NCBI GenBank assembly: GCA_977020255.1
Contig: CDROCS010001028.1
Span: 124,001-188,000 of the forward strand
Source of the DNA: Obrimoposthia wandeli
Lineage: Eukaryota
Reading direction: 5' to 3'
Length of the DNA stretch: 64,000 bases
Program-made: the position numbers and the translations under genes
Part shown: positions 51,248 to 61,679 of the stretch, in pieces
How the letters are laid out: every line of letters starts with the position of its first letter
Numbering within the stretch: position 1 is the first letter of the stretch
The notes under the pieces: model-generated
The model's input: only the letters and a program-made list of their open reading frames with translations
Database searches by the model: none
What the model was told of the DNA's origin: nothing

Positions 51248-51324
51248 ATTCTAGAAACTCATCCGTAAAATTTCAATGATCAATTCTAGAAACTCAAATT
51301 TAGATACTCAGCTCTATAAACTCA
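51248..51324. repeat. Degenerate 14-bp repeats, 4 copies
   Basis: ATTCTAGAAACTCA at 51248 and 51283, then AATTTAGATACTCA and GCTCTATAAACTCA in tandem. Confidence 0.75.
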
Positions 51325-51433
51325 GTTGAAGTATCAAAGATCGATCTTTGTTGTTACCTTTGCTGCCTATAAGTTCGTTGAGCTTCCTCTCAACAATGTT
51401 AAATTCTGCTTTTAATTCGATATCAAACTTTTA

Positions 51434-52750
51434 TTAGCCGCGTTCATACACTAGGCGACCATCAACATAGGTACGATAGATACTGCGATCATCGCCTAAT
51501 GTCATTAAGACAAATAATTCATCAGCAAGACTTTTTGAGCTGTCGTAACGCAACTGTTGTAATGGCGTAGCACAAGGATCAATCACCACAAAGTCAGCTT
51601 CTTTTCCTACTTCAAAGTTACCAATTAGGTGATCGAGTGATAGCGACTTTGCCCCGCCTAATGTCGCAAGGTAGAACGCTTCAAATGCCGATAAACGGTG
51701 TTGTTGCAGTTGCATTACCTTGTAGGCTTCATTCAATGTTTGCATCATATTAAACGTGGTTCCGGCACCAATGTCCGTGCCCATACCCACTTTGATCTTA
51801 CGCTGCCATGCTTCTTGTAATTTGAATAAGCCACTGCCCAAATACAGATTTGATGTAGGGCAAAAAGCGATAGCAGAATCGGTTTCTTGCAAGCAATCCC
51901 ACTCTTTATCTTCAAGATGAATACAGTGAGCGAAAACACTTTTTGAACCCGTTAAGCCATGGTGATGATATACATCGAGGTAACCATCTTGCTCTGGGTA
52001 TAATTCTTTTACCCATTCAATTTCATTTTTGTTTTCACACAAATGTGTATGAACATAAGTGTCGGGATATTCTTGTTTCAATTTACCCGCCATCGCAAGT
52101 TGTTCTGGCGATGAAGTTGGCGCGAAACGAGGCGTAATCGCGTATAACGCACGACCGCGTTTATGCCACTTTTCAATTAATTCTTTGGTTTGGTTATAGC
52201 TGATTTCGGGAGTGTCTAATAGATAATCAGGTGCATTACGATCCATCATTACTTTACCAGCAATGATTCGCATGTTGATACCTTCAGCCGCTTCAAATAA
52301 TGCATCGACAGATTCAGGATGTACTGTGCCAAATACCAATGCGGTCGTTGTACCATTGCGTAATAACTGCTTAAGGAAGAAAGCCGACATTTCACGTGAA
52401 TAGTCTTTATCTTTATAACGGGCTTCTGTCGGGAAGGTGTAATTATTTAACCACTCTAAAAGCTGTTCACCGTAAGCCCCCACCATTTCTGCTTGTGGGT
52501 AGTGAATATGTGTATCGACAAATCCTGGCATAACAATTTTGCCTGGATAGCTACGAACTCGCACTGAATCAGGTATTTTGTCTTTACCCTCTTCCCAAGT
52601 TCCCACCCATTCGATTCGACCATTATCAACCAGCATTAATCCATCTTCGATAAAACGCAGGTGTTGTTCGATATCTTCCGGTTTATCTACGACACTCGCT
52701 ATATCTAAAATAGATGCACGAATCGCTTTAATTGATTGGGTATATTGCAT
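51434..52750 (-). CDS. guaD: Guanine deaminase
   Basis: PGFVDTHIHYPQ, YAITPRFAPTS, HTHLCEN, FAHCIH and GTDIGAGT motifs. Confidence 0.96.
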   Translation of the reverse strand: MQYTQSIKAIRASILDIASVVDKPEDIEQHLRFIEDGLMLVDNGRIEWVGTWEEGKDKIPDSVRVRSYPGKIVMPGFVDTHIHYPQAEMVGAYGEQLLEWLNNYTFPTEARYKDKDYSREMSAFFLKQLLRNGTTTALVFGTVHPESVDALFEAAEGINMRIIAGKVMMDRNAPDYLLDTPEISYNQTKELIEKWHKRGRALYAITPRFAPTSSPEQLAMAGKLKQEYPDTYVHTHLCENKNEIEWVKELYPEQDGYLDVYHHHGLTGSKSVFAHCIHLEDKEWDCLQETDSAIAFCPTSNLYLGSGLFKLQEAWQRKIKVGMGTDIGAGTTFNMMQTLNEAYKVMQLQQHRLSAFEAFYLATLGGAKSLSLDHLIGNFEVGKEADFVVIDPCATPLQQLRYDSSKSLADELFVLMTLGDDRSIYRTYVDGRLVYERG

Positions 52751-52861
52751 ATAAACCTCTAATAGTTGTTTTTGCGCTTTCGTCGTCTTTTAGCTGCCAA
52801 TTAAAAATCTTGTAGGGTTAAACGGCAACTTGACGTAACGCCTTTTTTTTAAATATTCTAT

Positions 52862-52957
52862 TTTTATAAACAATTACTTTTATAAATAGTTGCTCTTATA
52901 AACAGTTGCTCTTATAAATAATGATTTTTATAAACAACAGTTTTTATAAACCACGAC
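52862..52957. repeat. Degenerate 16-bp tandem array, 6 copies
   Basis: T(T/C)TTATAAA(C/T)-N6 units at exactly 16-bp spacing; the two central units differ at only two positions. Confidence 0.85.
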
Positions 52958-54372
52958 TATTTCGCACTTTCCAACTGTTCTTTTTGTTCAAGATCTTCCT
53001 CTTCTTTCAGGGCTTTTTCGCAGGCTTCACATTCTATAATTTGTGTTTCTAATGCTTCACGTTTTTCTTGTGCGCTTTCTGCTTCATCTGCACGATTGAT
53101 ACTTAAGAAAGCATTCATGCCCAACGCAACTAACGAACCGGTAGTAATACCAGAGCCTAAAATTACGCGGAATGAATCAGGTAAATAAGTCAGTATTTCA
53201 GGGCGAACAGTCACCGCCATTCCCGATGCAACACCCACGGCGATAATCAGCATGTTTCGTTTGGTAAAACTGATACGAGAAAGAATACCAATACCCGATG
53301 AAATGATCATCGCGAACATGACTAAACCTGCACCACCTAATACTGGAGAAGGGATTGTGACAACAATACCGCCTAACTTTGGAAATAAACCTGCTATCAA
53401 CATAATGAAGCCTGTTACCGCCACAACATGACGACTCGCAACCCCAGTGATAGAAACAATACCAACGTTCTGGCTGAATGATGAGAAAGGCGTTGTACCA
53501 AATAAAGAAGCTAATGCACTACCCAAACCGTCACATAAAATCCCTCTCGAGAGTTTTTTACCGGTTAATTTTGTATGGGTGGCATCACTCAAGGCAAGAA
53601 AGTCGCCTGTCGATTCCATAATGGTAACTAAATACGCTATCGACATGCCTATAATGCCGCTAACCGTAAAAGTTAAACCAAACGGTAATAACTTAGGTAA
53701 TGCAAAGAACTCCGCATTTTTCACTGGTGAGAAATCAACGATCCCCATGAAAATAGCTGTGATGTAGCCGACAGCCATACCTATTACAATTGCCGCCGCA
53801 GAGATAATACCTTTACCCACTTGGGATAAAACAATCACCACGACTAAAACTAATAAGCCCAATAGTAGGTTGTTTATTTGGCCATATTCTTCTTGCCCCA
53901 CAAAACCGCCAGCAAACCAATCGACTGAAACAGGTAATATGGTTAAACCAATTAAGACCACCACAGTGCCAGATACAACTGGTGGAAACAGCTTTCGAAT
54001 TTGCGTCATAAATCGGCTGCCCACAATCATCACGATTGAGCCAACGAGGGATGCTCCAAAAATACCAGAGACACCTGCATCTAATCCAATAGAAATCGAA
54101 ATAGCCACAAAAGTAAAACTTGTGCCCATGACCACAGGTAAACGAATGCCAACAGGACCAATACCTTTGCACTGAATAATGGTAACAATACCCGACACCA
54201 TCAATGCCGCGTTAACCAGAATCACCATTTGTTCAGTCGGTAAGCCTATGGCACTTCCAACAACAAGTGGTACTGCAATAATTGCTCCCATCGCGGCAAG
54301 CATATGTTGTAACGCCAATAAAATTGACGCTCCGACTGGTGGTTTGTCTTCTACGTTATAAAACAGTTTCAT
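52957..54372 (-). CDS. NCS2 xanthine/uracil permease (XanQ-like)
   Basis: ALQHML, MESTGD and TTPFSSFSQNVGIVSITGVASR NAT signature; start MKLFYNV at 54372. Confidence 0.88.
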   Translation of the reverse strand: MKLFYNVEDKPPVGASILLALQHMLAAMGAIIAVPLVVGSAIGLPTEQMVILVNAALMVSGIVTIIQCKGIGPVGIRLPVVMGTSFTFVAISISIGLDAGVSGIFGASLVGSIVMIVGSRFMTQIRKLFPPVVSGTVVVLIGLTILPVSVDWFAGGFVGQEEYGQINNLLLGLLVLVVVIVLSQVGKGIISAAAIVIGMAVGYITAIFMGIVDFSPVKNAEFFALPKLLPFGLTFTVSGIIGMSIAYLVTIMESTGDFLALSDATHTKLTGKKLSRGILCDGLGSALASLFGTTPFSSFSQNVGIVSITGVASRHVVAVTGFIMLIAGLFPKLGGIVVTIPSPVLGGAGLVMFAMIISSGIGILSRISFTKRNMLIIAVGVASGMAVTVRPEILTYLPDSFRVILGSGITTGSLVALGMNAFLSINRADEAESAQEKREALETQIIECEACEKALKEEEDLEQKEQLESAK

Positions 54373-54627
54373 TTCAATACCATCCGTTAATGACTTCCCT
54401 GAACGAGTATGGAATCGATAACCTAACCAGAATGACACTAAGGGCCTTACACTTCGCATGACGATTGCTATGACTAATCGCTAATCGATAGTGTTGCCTA
54501 ACCCCAATAATTACGATCAAATGATTATGTAATCACTTAATCTATTGGCCAAGCTATGACAGCTCACTCGTAAATTAAAAAAGTGGTCACTTCCCCATCC
54601 CCAGAAAAATGACCACTTCAATATTAC

Positions 54628-57498
54628 TTAGAGCTTATTCAAACCTTTTAGCACTTTCTCTGGCGTGAAGTGCCAGTCTCTTAACCACACACCACAAGCA
54701 TCATGTATTGCCGATGCAATTGCTGGTGCTGCACCATTGACCCCAATCTCCGAGATTGATTTCGCGCCATAAGGCCCAACAGGATCATCACTCGGTACGA
54801 GTACCGCTTTGAACTCTGTTGGAATATCACCAATCATTGGTGCGCCATAGCTCTTTAAGTCACGGGTTAGCGGAATGCCGTTATCATCATAGACAAGCTC
54901 TTCCGTCATACTGTGTCCGATAGCACGCATGCTGGCACCGTAAATTTGTCCCAATGCTAAATCAGGGTTAACGGGCGTACCGCAATCTAATAAAGCATGG
55001 AATTTATCGATCTTAATTTCACCCGTTCGGGTATTAACCGAGACTTCTGCAAAGTTTGCACCGTAAGGGAAAGCAAATTCAGATGTAGTGAAACAACCCG
55101 TTGCTAATAACTGCCCCCACCCTGTGCCACTTTCTGCTTTATGGGCTATGTCGAAGTAGCTAACTTCACCGGTTTTACCTTTTACTAATCCCGGAGATAC
55201 AAGAGCGACATCTTCCACTGGCTCTGCCAGCATTTCAGCACCGCATTTTAATATTTTTTCTCGCATCGCTTCAGCAGCACGTTTTGCCGCATTACCGGAG
55301 AAACATGTACCCGATGAGGCGTACGCACCTTTATCAAACGGGGCATGGTCGGTATCGCCAGAATGAATCGTGATTTCATCCATAGGGCAACGTAACACTT
55401 CAGCAGTCAGTTTACTGACAACAGTATCGAGGCCTGTGCCAATATCGGCACCACCAGAGTGAACAATAAAGGTGCCATCAGATGCCATCTTAATACTACA
55501 GTTGGCTTGGTCGATATCGGGAATACCGGATTTTTGCTGGATAATTGCAGCACCACGGCCGACTTTCCAATCACCTTTCGCTGGTTTAGCTGAATCCCAC
55601 TCGATCAACTTTCGACCTTCACGTAAGATTTCTTTCAGTGCACAACTGTGTACTGTCGGGGCACACGTCGGCATTTTACCTTCGCCAATCGCCGCCAATA
55701 TTTTCAGCTCTTGCCCTTCAACTACACGGTTTGTCTCAATCATGTCTAAATGATCAATGCCCAATTCTTCGGCTAATTCGGCCATTGCCATTGTTAAGGC
55801 AAAGTTACCTTTTGGCGCGCCATAACCTTGATAAGCACCCGTTGGACAGATATTGGAATAATACGTTGTCACACGGAAATCGACATTATCACAAGGATAC
55901 AGAGGCAAAGATAACGCAGGGCCATTACTCGGCACGGTTAAAGCGTGGTTACCATAAGGCCCCGTATTTGCACGGAACTCCATATCAATGGCGGTCAGTT
56001 TACCGTCTTTCGTTGCGCCTAATTTAACGGTTACTTTGGCAACGTGGCGGGTAGAGTTACAAATAAACTCTTCTTCGCGAGTATGATGGAAGTACACAGG
56101 ACGACCGGTTGTCCAAGTTGCCCATGCACACACATCTTCTAACAAGATGTCTTGCTTAGAGCCATAACCACCACCCACACGTTCTTTCACGATGTGTACT
56201 TTATTTTGCTTAATACCCAAGATTTTTGCGACCTGACGACGCACATGCCATGGCACTTGCGTGGAATCATGCATAACGAGGCGTTCGCCATCCATGTAGC
56301 TATAACAAATATGGGTTTCTACGGGTAACTGCTGAACCTGTGTTGATTCGTAAGTACGCTCGATGATCACATCCGCTTCTTCAAAGCCTTTGTTCAAATC
56401 ACCAATATGCCCTCGCACACTGGCTGCAATATTCTTACGTGGGAAACAGCCAATCGGGAAGTTAACGATCAACTTTCCTTCACGAGGATCAGCGTTGGCA
56501 TTTTGTTCCTCTAAATCATCAGGGGCACCTACGCCATATTCAATCGGTTCATTGTGAATAATCGGCGCTTCTGCTGCCCTTGCTTCATCAATGCTCATAA
56601 CTGGTGTTAGAACATCAAATTCAACATCAATCAGTGTTAATGCGTGCTCTGCAATTTCAAGGCTTTCTGCAACAACGGCGGCAACCCTATCACCGACATG
56701 ACGCATTTTTTGACCAAACATACGGCGATCAAGTGGTGAAGGCTCAGGCGCACTTTGTCCACCCGGTGTATAAGGAATATCTGGACAATTTAAATGCGTA
56801 ATAACCGATACCACGCCCGGTAATGCTTCGGCTTTACTAACATCTAAATGAGTGATCCACGCATGCGGGTGCGGGCTACGCAATATTTTAACAACACATG
56901 CATTGGCAGGAATGCGATCTTCGACATAACAAGGTTTAGCTTGCACCATTTTAGCCGAATCAATTTTAGGGCAATTTTTACCGACTATGGTTAGATCATC
57001 ACGGAATTCTGGTGCGAAGTTCTGCTTATGTTCAGGATCTGTTAAGCGTTTTACTGCTAATTCAACTACTTCGTAAAACTGCTGATAACCTGCATCTCGG
57101 CTGAATAAACCTGATAATGCATCGTCAATTTCAGCGCGGTTCGGTTGAGTGTTGGTTTCAAGCAATTGCGTAAGGATCAATGCTAACGCAGGGTCATTAT
57201 AACCCGATTGCACCACACCTACATCTATCATGGCTTGTTGCACTAAGCTTAATTGATTCCACTTCCCTAGTGATTCAGCCGTTTGTATTTCTTTGCCTTC
57301 AAGCTGTGCAGCCACTAATAGCGATGCATTCTTTAACACACCATTAAGTAAAATAACGTCTGAACCAGCAAAGCCAAAGCCGTCATCACTATTACGTACA
57401 GAGTGATACCCCATACCATGCAATAACGTTTGTACGTTTTCACCCAGCTTACATTCTAACGTTTGCGGGCGACCATTTAAGGTAAATGTAATAGTCAT
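54628..57498 (-). CDS. xdhD: Molybdopterin oxidoreductase Mo-binding subunit with a fused Fe-S-like N-terminal domain
   Basis: VRNSDDGFGFAGSD, GGGYGSKQD, GAYQGYGAPKG, GGADIGTG and GAKSISEIG match E. coli XdhD motifs; start MTITF at 57498. Confidence 0.92.
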   Translation of the reverse strand: MTITFTLNGRPQTLECKLGENVQTLLHGMGYHSVRNSDDGFGFAGSDVILLNGVLKNASLLVAAQLEGKEIQTAESLGKWNQLSLVQQAMIDVGVVQSGYNDPALALILTQLLETNTQPNRAEIDDALSGLFSRDAGYQQFYEVVELAVKRLTDPEHKQNFAPEFRDDLTIVGKNCPKIDSAKMVQAKPCYVEDRIPANACVVKILRSPHPHAWITHLDVSKAEALPGVVSVITHLNCPDIPYTPGGQSAPEPSPLDRRMFGQKMRHVGDRVAAVVAESLEIAEHALTLIDVEFDVLTPVMSIDEARAAEAPIIHNEPIEYGVGAPDDLEEQNANADPREGKLIVNFPIGCFPRKNIAASVRGHIGDLNKGFEEADVIIERTYESTQVQQLPVETHICYSYMDGERLVMHDSTQVPWHVRRQVAKILGIKQNKVHIVKERVGGGYGSKQDILLEDVCAWATWTTGRPVYFHHTREEEFICNSTRHVAKVTVKLGATKDGKLTAIDMEFRANTGPYGNHALTVPSNGPALSLPLYPCDNVDFRVTTYYSNICPTGAYQGYGAPKGNFALTMAMAELAEELGIDHLDMIETNRVVEGQELKILAAIGEGKMPTCAPTVHSCALKEILREGRKLIEWDSAKPAKGDWKVGRGAAIIQQKSGIPDIDQANCSIKMASDGTFIVHSGGADIGTGLDTVVSKLTAEVLRCPMDEITIHSGDTDHAPFDKGAYASSGTCFSGNAAKRAAEAMREKILKCGAEMLAEPVEDVALVSPGLVKGKTGEVSYFDIAHKAESGTGWGQLLATGCFTTSEFAFPYGANFAEVSVNTRTGEIKIDKFHALLDCGTPVNPDLALGQIYGASMRAIGHSMTEELVYDDNGIPLTRDLKSYGAPMIGDIPTEFKAVLVPSDDPVGPYGAKSISEIGVNGAAPAIASAIHDACGVWLRDWHFTPEKVLKGLNKL

Positions 57499-57500
57499 GA

Positions 57501-58295
57501 TTATGCCTCCTGTGCTAGGTGCTGACATTCAGCAAGTAAATCAGTAACCACAACACCAGCAATATAACGTTTGTATTCCACGCCGCCGCAAAGATTTGCG
57601 ACCGGATGTACTGCATCTGCCACTGCTTGCTCTAGTAACTCACCTTTTAAGTCTTGCGCTTCAACATCACGTAATCGAACAGGCACCGCATAACCATGAT
57701 GAAATGGTGATACACCGTCTAGGGCGATAATTTTATTTCCTTGCTGATCAACAGAAACAGCAGCTGTAACAACAGCCAGCCCCGCAGCCGAACGTGTAAT
57801 GTTGTAACCGATACACATTAAATTTACGTTTGGAATAATGACTTCAACGATCAATTCACGTTGCTCACTATTGATATAATCTTCGATGTCCATCTGATTG
57901 GCATTAGCGAGAATAACCGTTGCCTTTAATGCCATTAAACTTGGCACTAACAATGCTTCTGATTGGAATGCCGCAATTTCACCACCAATAGTGGCTTGGT
58001 TACGGACATGGCGAGAATAGATGAATGCCGCCGCTTGTTTTAGTGCCACTGGCGTTAGCTCGTTATCAATCAAGCTTTGAATATGACACATCGCGCCGAT
58101 ATGAAGCGCTTCACCCTGTAGTTCGATTTTATCCAGCGCTAGCTTATCAAGAGAAATAGCCACTGTTTTGTCGGTTTTAGTTGGCGTAGCATTGAGTTTT
58201 GTACCACCAGCAAACCATGTTGCAACACCTGTATGTTGCTTCATGAGTTCAAGGGCTTGAATGGTCGACTCTGGCTGTAAATAATGTTCAATCAT
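57501..58295 (-). CDS. ygfM: FAD-binding subunit of the molybdopterin oxidoreductase
   Basis: WFAGGTKLN, SRHVRNQATIGGEIA and EYKRYIAG motifs; directly upstream of xdhD. Confidence 0.88.
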   Translation of the reverse strand: MIEHYLQPESTIQALELMKQHTGVATWFAGGTKLNATPTKTDKTVAISLDKLALDKIELQGEALHIGAMCHIQSLIDNELTPVALKQAAAFIYSRHVRNQATIGGEIAAFQSEALLVPSLMALKATVILANANQMDIEDYINSEQRELIVEVIIPNVNLMCIGYNITRSAAGLAVVTAAVSVDQQGNKIIALDGVSPFHHGYAVPVRLRDVEAQDLKGELLEQAVADAVHPVANLCGGVEYKRYIAGVVVTDLLAECQHLAQEA

Positions 58296-58394
58296 TGTTC
58301 TTACCTTTTTTGAATTCTACTTCTGTTTGATAGTCATCAGGCATGTCTCTAAGACGAGAGAATGAGTGATTGTTAATCTCTATAGGTTCAAAAA

Positions 58395-58410
58395 GGCAAC
58401 TATTAAGCCA
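58395..58410 (-). promoter_or_regulatory. sigma54 promoter of the ygfM-xdhD operon
   Basis: Minus strand TGGCTTAATAGTTGCC = GG-N10-GC, 100 nt upstream of ygfM. Confidence 0.65.
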
Positions 58411-58722
58411 ACCTTATTAAAGTGTTAGATAAGCCATCAGATTCGTGAGCGCCGTCAGAATTTGGGGTGAAAATGAGAACTACATCAATAGAAAGACTTT
58501 GATTTAGGAAAAGAATCTCGCACTTAAAATAATGCTTGATAAGATCATTTCTCACTCTCTCTTAACTATCTATCAAAATAATAAGTCTCTTCTATCAATT
58601 TGATAGCTGATAGTCATAGATAATAAGGGCTCTCAGCTTTAGCCGACGACTTCTGCGATAACCATATTTATGGTGACGACTCTTAAGATGATTATGCTAG
58701 TCTTGGCACAGATGATTTTTGG

Positions 58723-59304
58723 ATGCAGGCTTATTTGAAAGTGGATACGTTTACTAAAGTGATTAATTTCTTCTCTGATTTAGGTGTTCCAAGTCAAGTT
58801 ATTGAATCACACATATCCCAACTAAAACCGATAACCCTAAGTACTGGCGAGCCATTACTCGCGCAAGGTTCAGAGCAACGTTATGGGTATTTTATTACGT
58901 CAGGTATTCTGCGAGCTTGCCACTTTAATGAAAGAGGTAGCGAACGCTGCAAAGAATTTTATTTTTCGGGTGAACTCTGTTTTTTATATTCAAGCTGGTT
59001 ACAGGGAACATCGGCTCAATACCAAATTGAAGCCATAGGTGAGGCTAAAGTAATAAGAGTCCCCTTACATATTTTATCTTTACCAGAATATTTACCTGTG
59101 AAAATTTCTCTATTACAACAACAGCTTATATTTAAAGAACAAAAAGAGGCCTTACTTTTACTCAATACTCCCGAACAACGTTATCAGCATCTTGTGCAAT
59201 ATTGGCCACATTGGGTTAAGCAGCTTAACAATATTCAAATAGCCAGCTATATTGGCATTAGTCCTGTTAGCCTATCCCGATTAAAAACAAGAATTAAGGA
59301 CTAA
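58723..59304 (+). CDS. Crp/Fnr-family regulator (cNMP-binding domain plus short HTH)
   Basis: GYFITSGILRA, TPEQRYQHL and IASYIGISPVSLSRLK motifs. Confidence 0.88.
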   Translation: MQAYLKVDTFTKVINFFSDLGVPSQVIESHISQLKPITLSTGEPLLAQGSEQRYGYFITSGILRACHFNERGSERCKEFYFSGELCFLYSSWLQGTSAQYQIEAIGEAKVIRVPLHILSLPEYLPVKISLLQQQLIFKEQKEALLLLNTPEQRYQHLVQYWPHWVKQLNNIQIASYIGISPVSLSRLKTRIKD

Positions 59305-59396
59305 ATTAACTTAAGTTAATTCCTCTCACAGAATTCACCTTCATAATAATCACTCTATTTTCATTATTAAACAAAAGCTTAGAGTGGAAAAAATTC

Positions 59397-59909
59397 ATGT
59401 CGACTTTTATATGGTCCCAACTTTTAATTGCCATTGCGATCGTATTCGATCTTGCATCATTTCAATTTAAACAAAGGCAAAAAATTGTCTGTTGTTTATG
59501 TTTTTCAGGAATATTGATTAGTGCCCACTTTATCTTACTTGAGCAATGGACAGCTGCGGGTTTAATGCTGCTGGCAAGCATACGCTATTTCTCCAGCATT
59601 TTTACGACGTCTAAAATGTTGATGTCCTTCTTTTTAGTTTGCGCTTTAGTCATCACATCTGCGACCTTCACTGGCTTACTCAGCCTTTTAAGTTTCAGCG
59701 GTACAGTATTCCAAACGTCTGCTTCATTTTGCCAGAACGATCAACGCCTACGGCAATTAATGATCATTGGAACCACAATCTGGCTAGTACACAACTACCT
59801 TGCAGGATCACCAACGGCTGTGATTATGGAACTACTATTTATCGGCAGTAACATAGCTGGCTATTACCGGTATTATGGGATAAATGTAAAGAGACATGCT
59901 CAAGGGTAA
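59397..59909 (+). CDS. YgjV-family inner-membrane protein
   Basis: SFQFKQRQKI, HFILLEQWTAA and WLVHNYLAGSPTAVIME patterns; multiple TM helices. Confidence 0.78.
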   Translation: MSTFIWSQLLIAIAIVFDLASFQFKQRQKIVCCLCFSGILISAHFILLEQWTAAGLMLLASIRYFSSIFTTSKMLMSFFLVCALVITSATFTGLLSLLSFSGTVFQTSASFCQNDQRLRQLMIIGTTIWLVHNYLAGSPTAVIMELLFIGSNIAGYYRYYGINVKRHAQG

Positions 59910-60071
59910 TGGAAAATATATCGGTGGAATAGTTCATACCAATAACCACTTACTTATGGTCACAGACGTAAAACAATACCTGAAACTTTTGGGCTTATTA
60001 CAAACAAAAAAAATCGGCCTCAAACATTCGCTTGAGACCGATTAAATTAAAATAAAACTAGATGAACAACC

Positions 60072-61679
60072 TTACGTTGTTTTAGTCAGCTTTTTATTGT
60101 TCGTATATAACGCACTTTCGCTGTGTAAGCCTTTCACTAAACTAACGCACATTAATAACAACACAAAGGTGAATGGCAAGGCTGTTGCAACCACACCAGA
60201 CTGTAGTGCCTGAAGCGCTTCTTTGCCGCCAACCCAAAGCATAACACCAGCGATAGCACCCTCGACTGTTGCCCAGAAAATTCGCTGTGGAACTGGTGCA
60301 TCTATCTTACCGCCAGAAGTGATACTATCGATGACCAATGAACCTGAATCAGACGACGTAATAAAGAAGATCAATATCAATACAATCGACAGTACTGAAA
60401 TAGCTGAACCATATGGTAGTGCATCGTAAACATGGAATAAGGTAAGTGAGATATCATTCATACCATTTATACCCAATTCACCGACTTTATTAACCACTTG
60501 ATCAATCGCAATACCACCAAAAACCGCCATCCAAATGATCGTCACTAATGTCGGAATAAAGATCACAGCAAGTAAGAACTCACGCACTGTTCGACCTTTA
60601 GAGATACGCGCAATAAACATACCTACAAATGGTGACCATGAAATCCACCACGCCCAATAGAACACAGTCCAACCGTGCATCCATGTTGTATCTTCACGAC
60701 CATGAGGATTACTTAAACCAATGATATTTTCCGCATAAGCTATAAATGTGTCTGGAATCGAAAGCTTCACAACATCAAAGCCAACGTAACCAACAAACAG
60801 TAACAGAGCAAATGCAAATAGCATATTGATATTGCTCAGTACTTTTACGCCACCATCAATGCCACGAATAACAGAGACAATCGCAATCATGGTCACGAAT
60901 GCAATAACAATAAGCTGCATACCAATGCCGCCATCTGTACCGAATACATGGTTGATACCACTGGTTGCTTGCTGTGCACCTAAACCAAGCGACGTCGCCA
61001 AACCAAACAAGGTCGCGAGTACTGCCAGAATATCGATGACATGCCCTAACCAGCCCCACGCTCTATCCCCAAATATCGGATAAAACACAGAACGAATCGA
61101 TAATGGCAAACCTTTGTTATAAGTAAAAAATGCTAACGATAACGCGACAATGGCATAGATAGCCCAACCATGGATGCCCCAATGGAAGATAGTCGACCCC
61201 ATAGCCAGTGCTTTGGCTTCTGGTGTGTACGGTTCTACGTTAAAGGGTGTTCCCCACCAATCAGTAAAGTAAGCAACCGGTTCTGCTACCCCCCAGAATA
61301 GAAGACCAATCCCCATACCGGCAGCAAATAGCATTGCTAACCATGAAACTGTTGAGTGCTCAGCCTTAGCCTCTTTGCCACCAATACGAATTTTACCGTA
61401 CGGCGACAACATCAGCACTAAAGAGAAGATCACGAAAAAGTTAGTTGACCACATGAAGAAACTGTCAAAACCATTAATGATACTGTTCTTAAGACTATTT
61501 AGAGCTTCTTTCGCTGTATTTGGGTCGACGATCAGAAGAGTTGTGAGGAATAAGAGAATAAACCCTGCGCTAATGCCAAATACTGGGTTATGAATATCAA
61601 AACCCCACTTTTGAATGTTATCTTGACCCACCTGATAGTCGGTCGTATCAATACTGTACTTCTTAAATTTGCTATCCAT
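60072..61679 (-). CDS. BCCT-family transporter
   Basis: WLAMLFAAGMGIGLLFWGVAEP, FHWGIHGWAIY, WTVFYWAWWISWSPFVGMFIARISKGRT and FFITSSDSG motifs. Confidence 0.95.
   Translation of the reverse strand: MDSKFKKYSIDTTDYQVGQDNIQKWGFDIHNPVFGISAGFILLFLTTLLIVDPNTAKEALNSLKNSIINGFDSFFMWSTNFFVIFSLVLMLSPYGKIRIGGKEAKAEHSTVSWLAMLFAAGMGIGLLFWGVAEPVAYFTDWWGTPFNVEPYTPEAKALAMGSTIFHWGIHGWAIYAIVALSLAFFTYNKGLPLSIRSVFYPIFGDRAWGWLGHVIDILAVLATLFGLATSLGLGAQQATSGINHVFGTDGGIGMQLIVIAFVTMIAIVSVIRGIDGGVKVLSNINMLFAFALLLFVGYVGFDVVKLSIPDTFIAYAENIIGLSNPHGREDTTWMHGWTVFYWAWWISWSPFVGMFIARISKGRTVREFLLAVIFIPTLVTIIWMAVFGGIAIDQVVNKVGELGINGMNDISLTLFHVYDALPYGSAISVLSIVLILIFFITSSDSGSLVIDSITSGGKIDAPVPQRIFWATVEGAIAGVMLWVGGKEALQALQSGVVATALPFTFVLLLMCVSLVKGLHSESALYTNNKKLTKTT

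Noticed and set aside
51248-52957. Repeat clusters (and the 35144 VNTR) as possible CRISPR arrays
   Set aside because: Units are 12-16 bp with no 25-40 bp unique spacers, and no cas genes are present.
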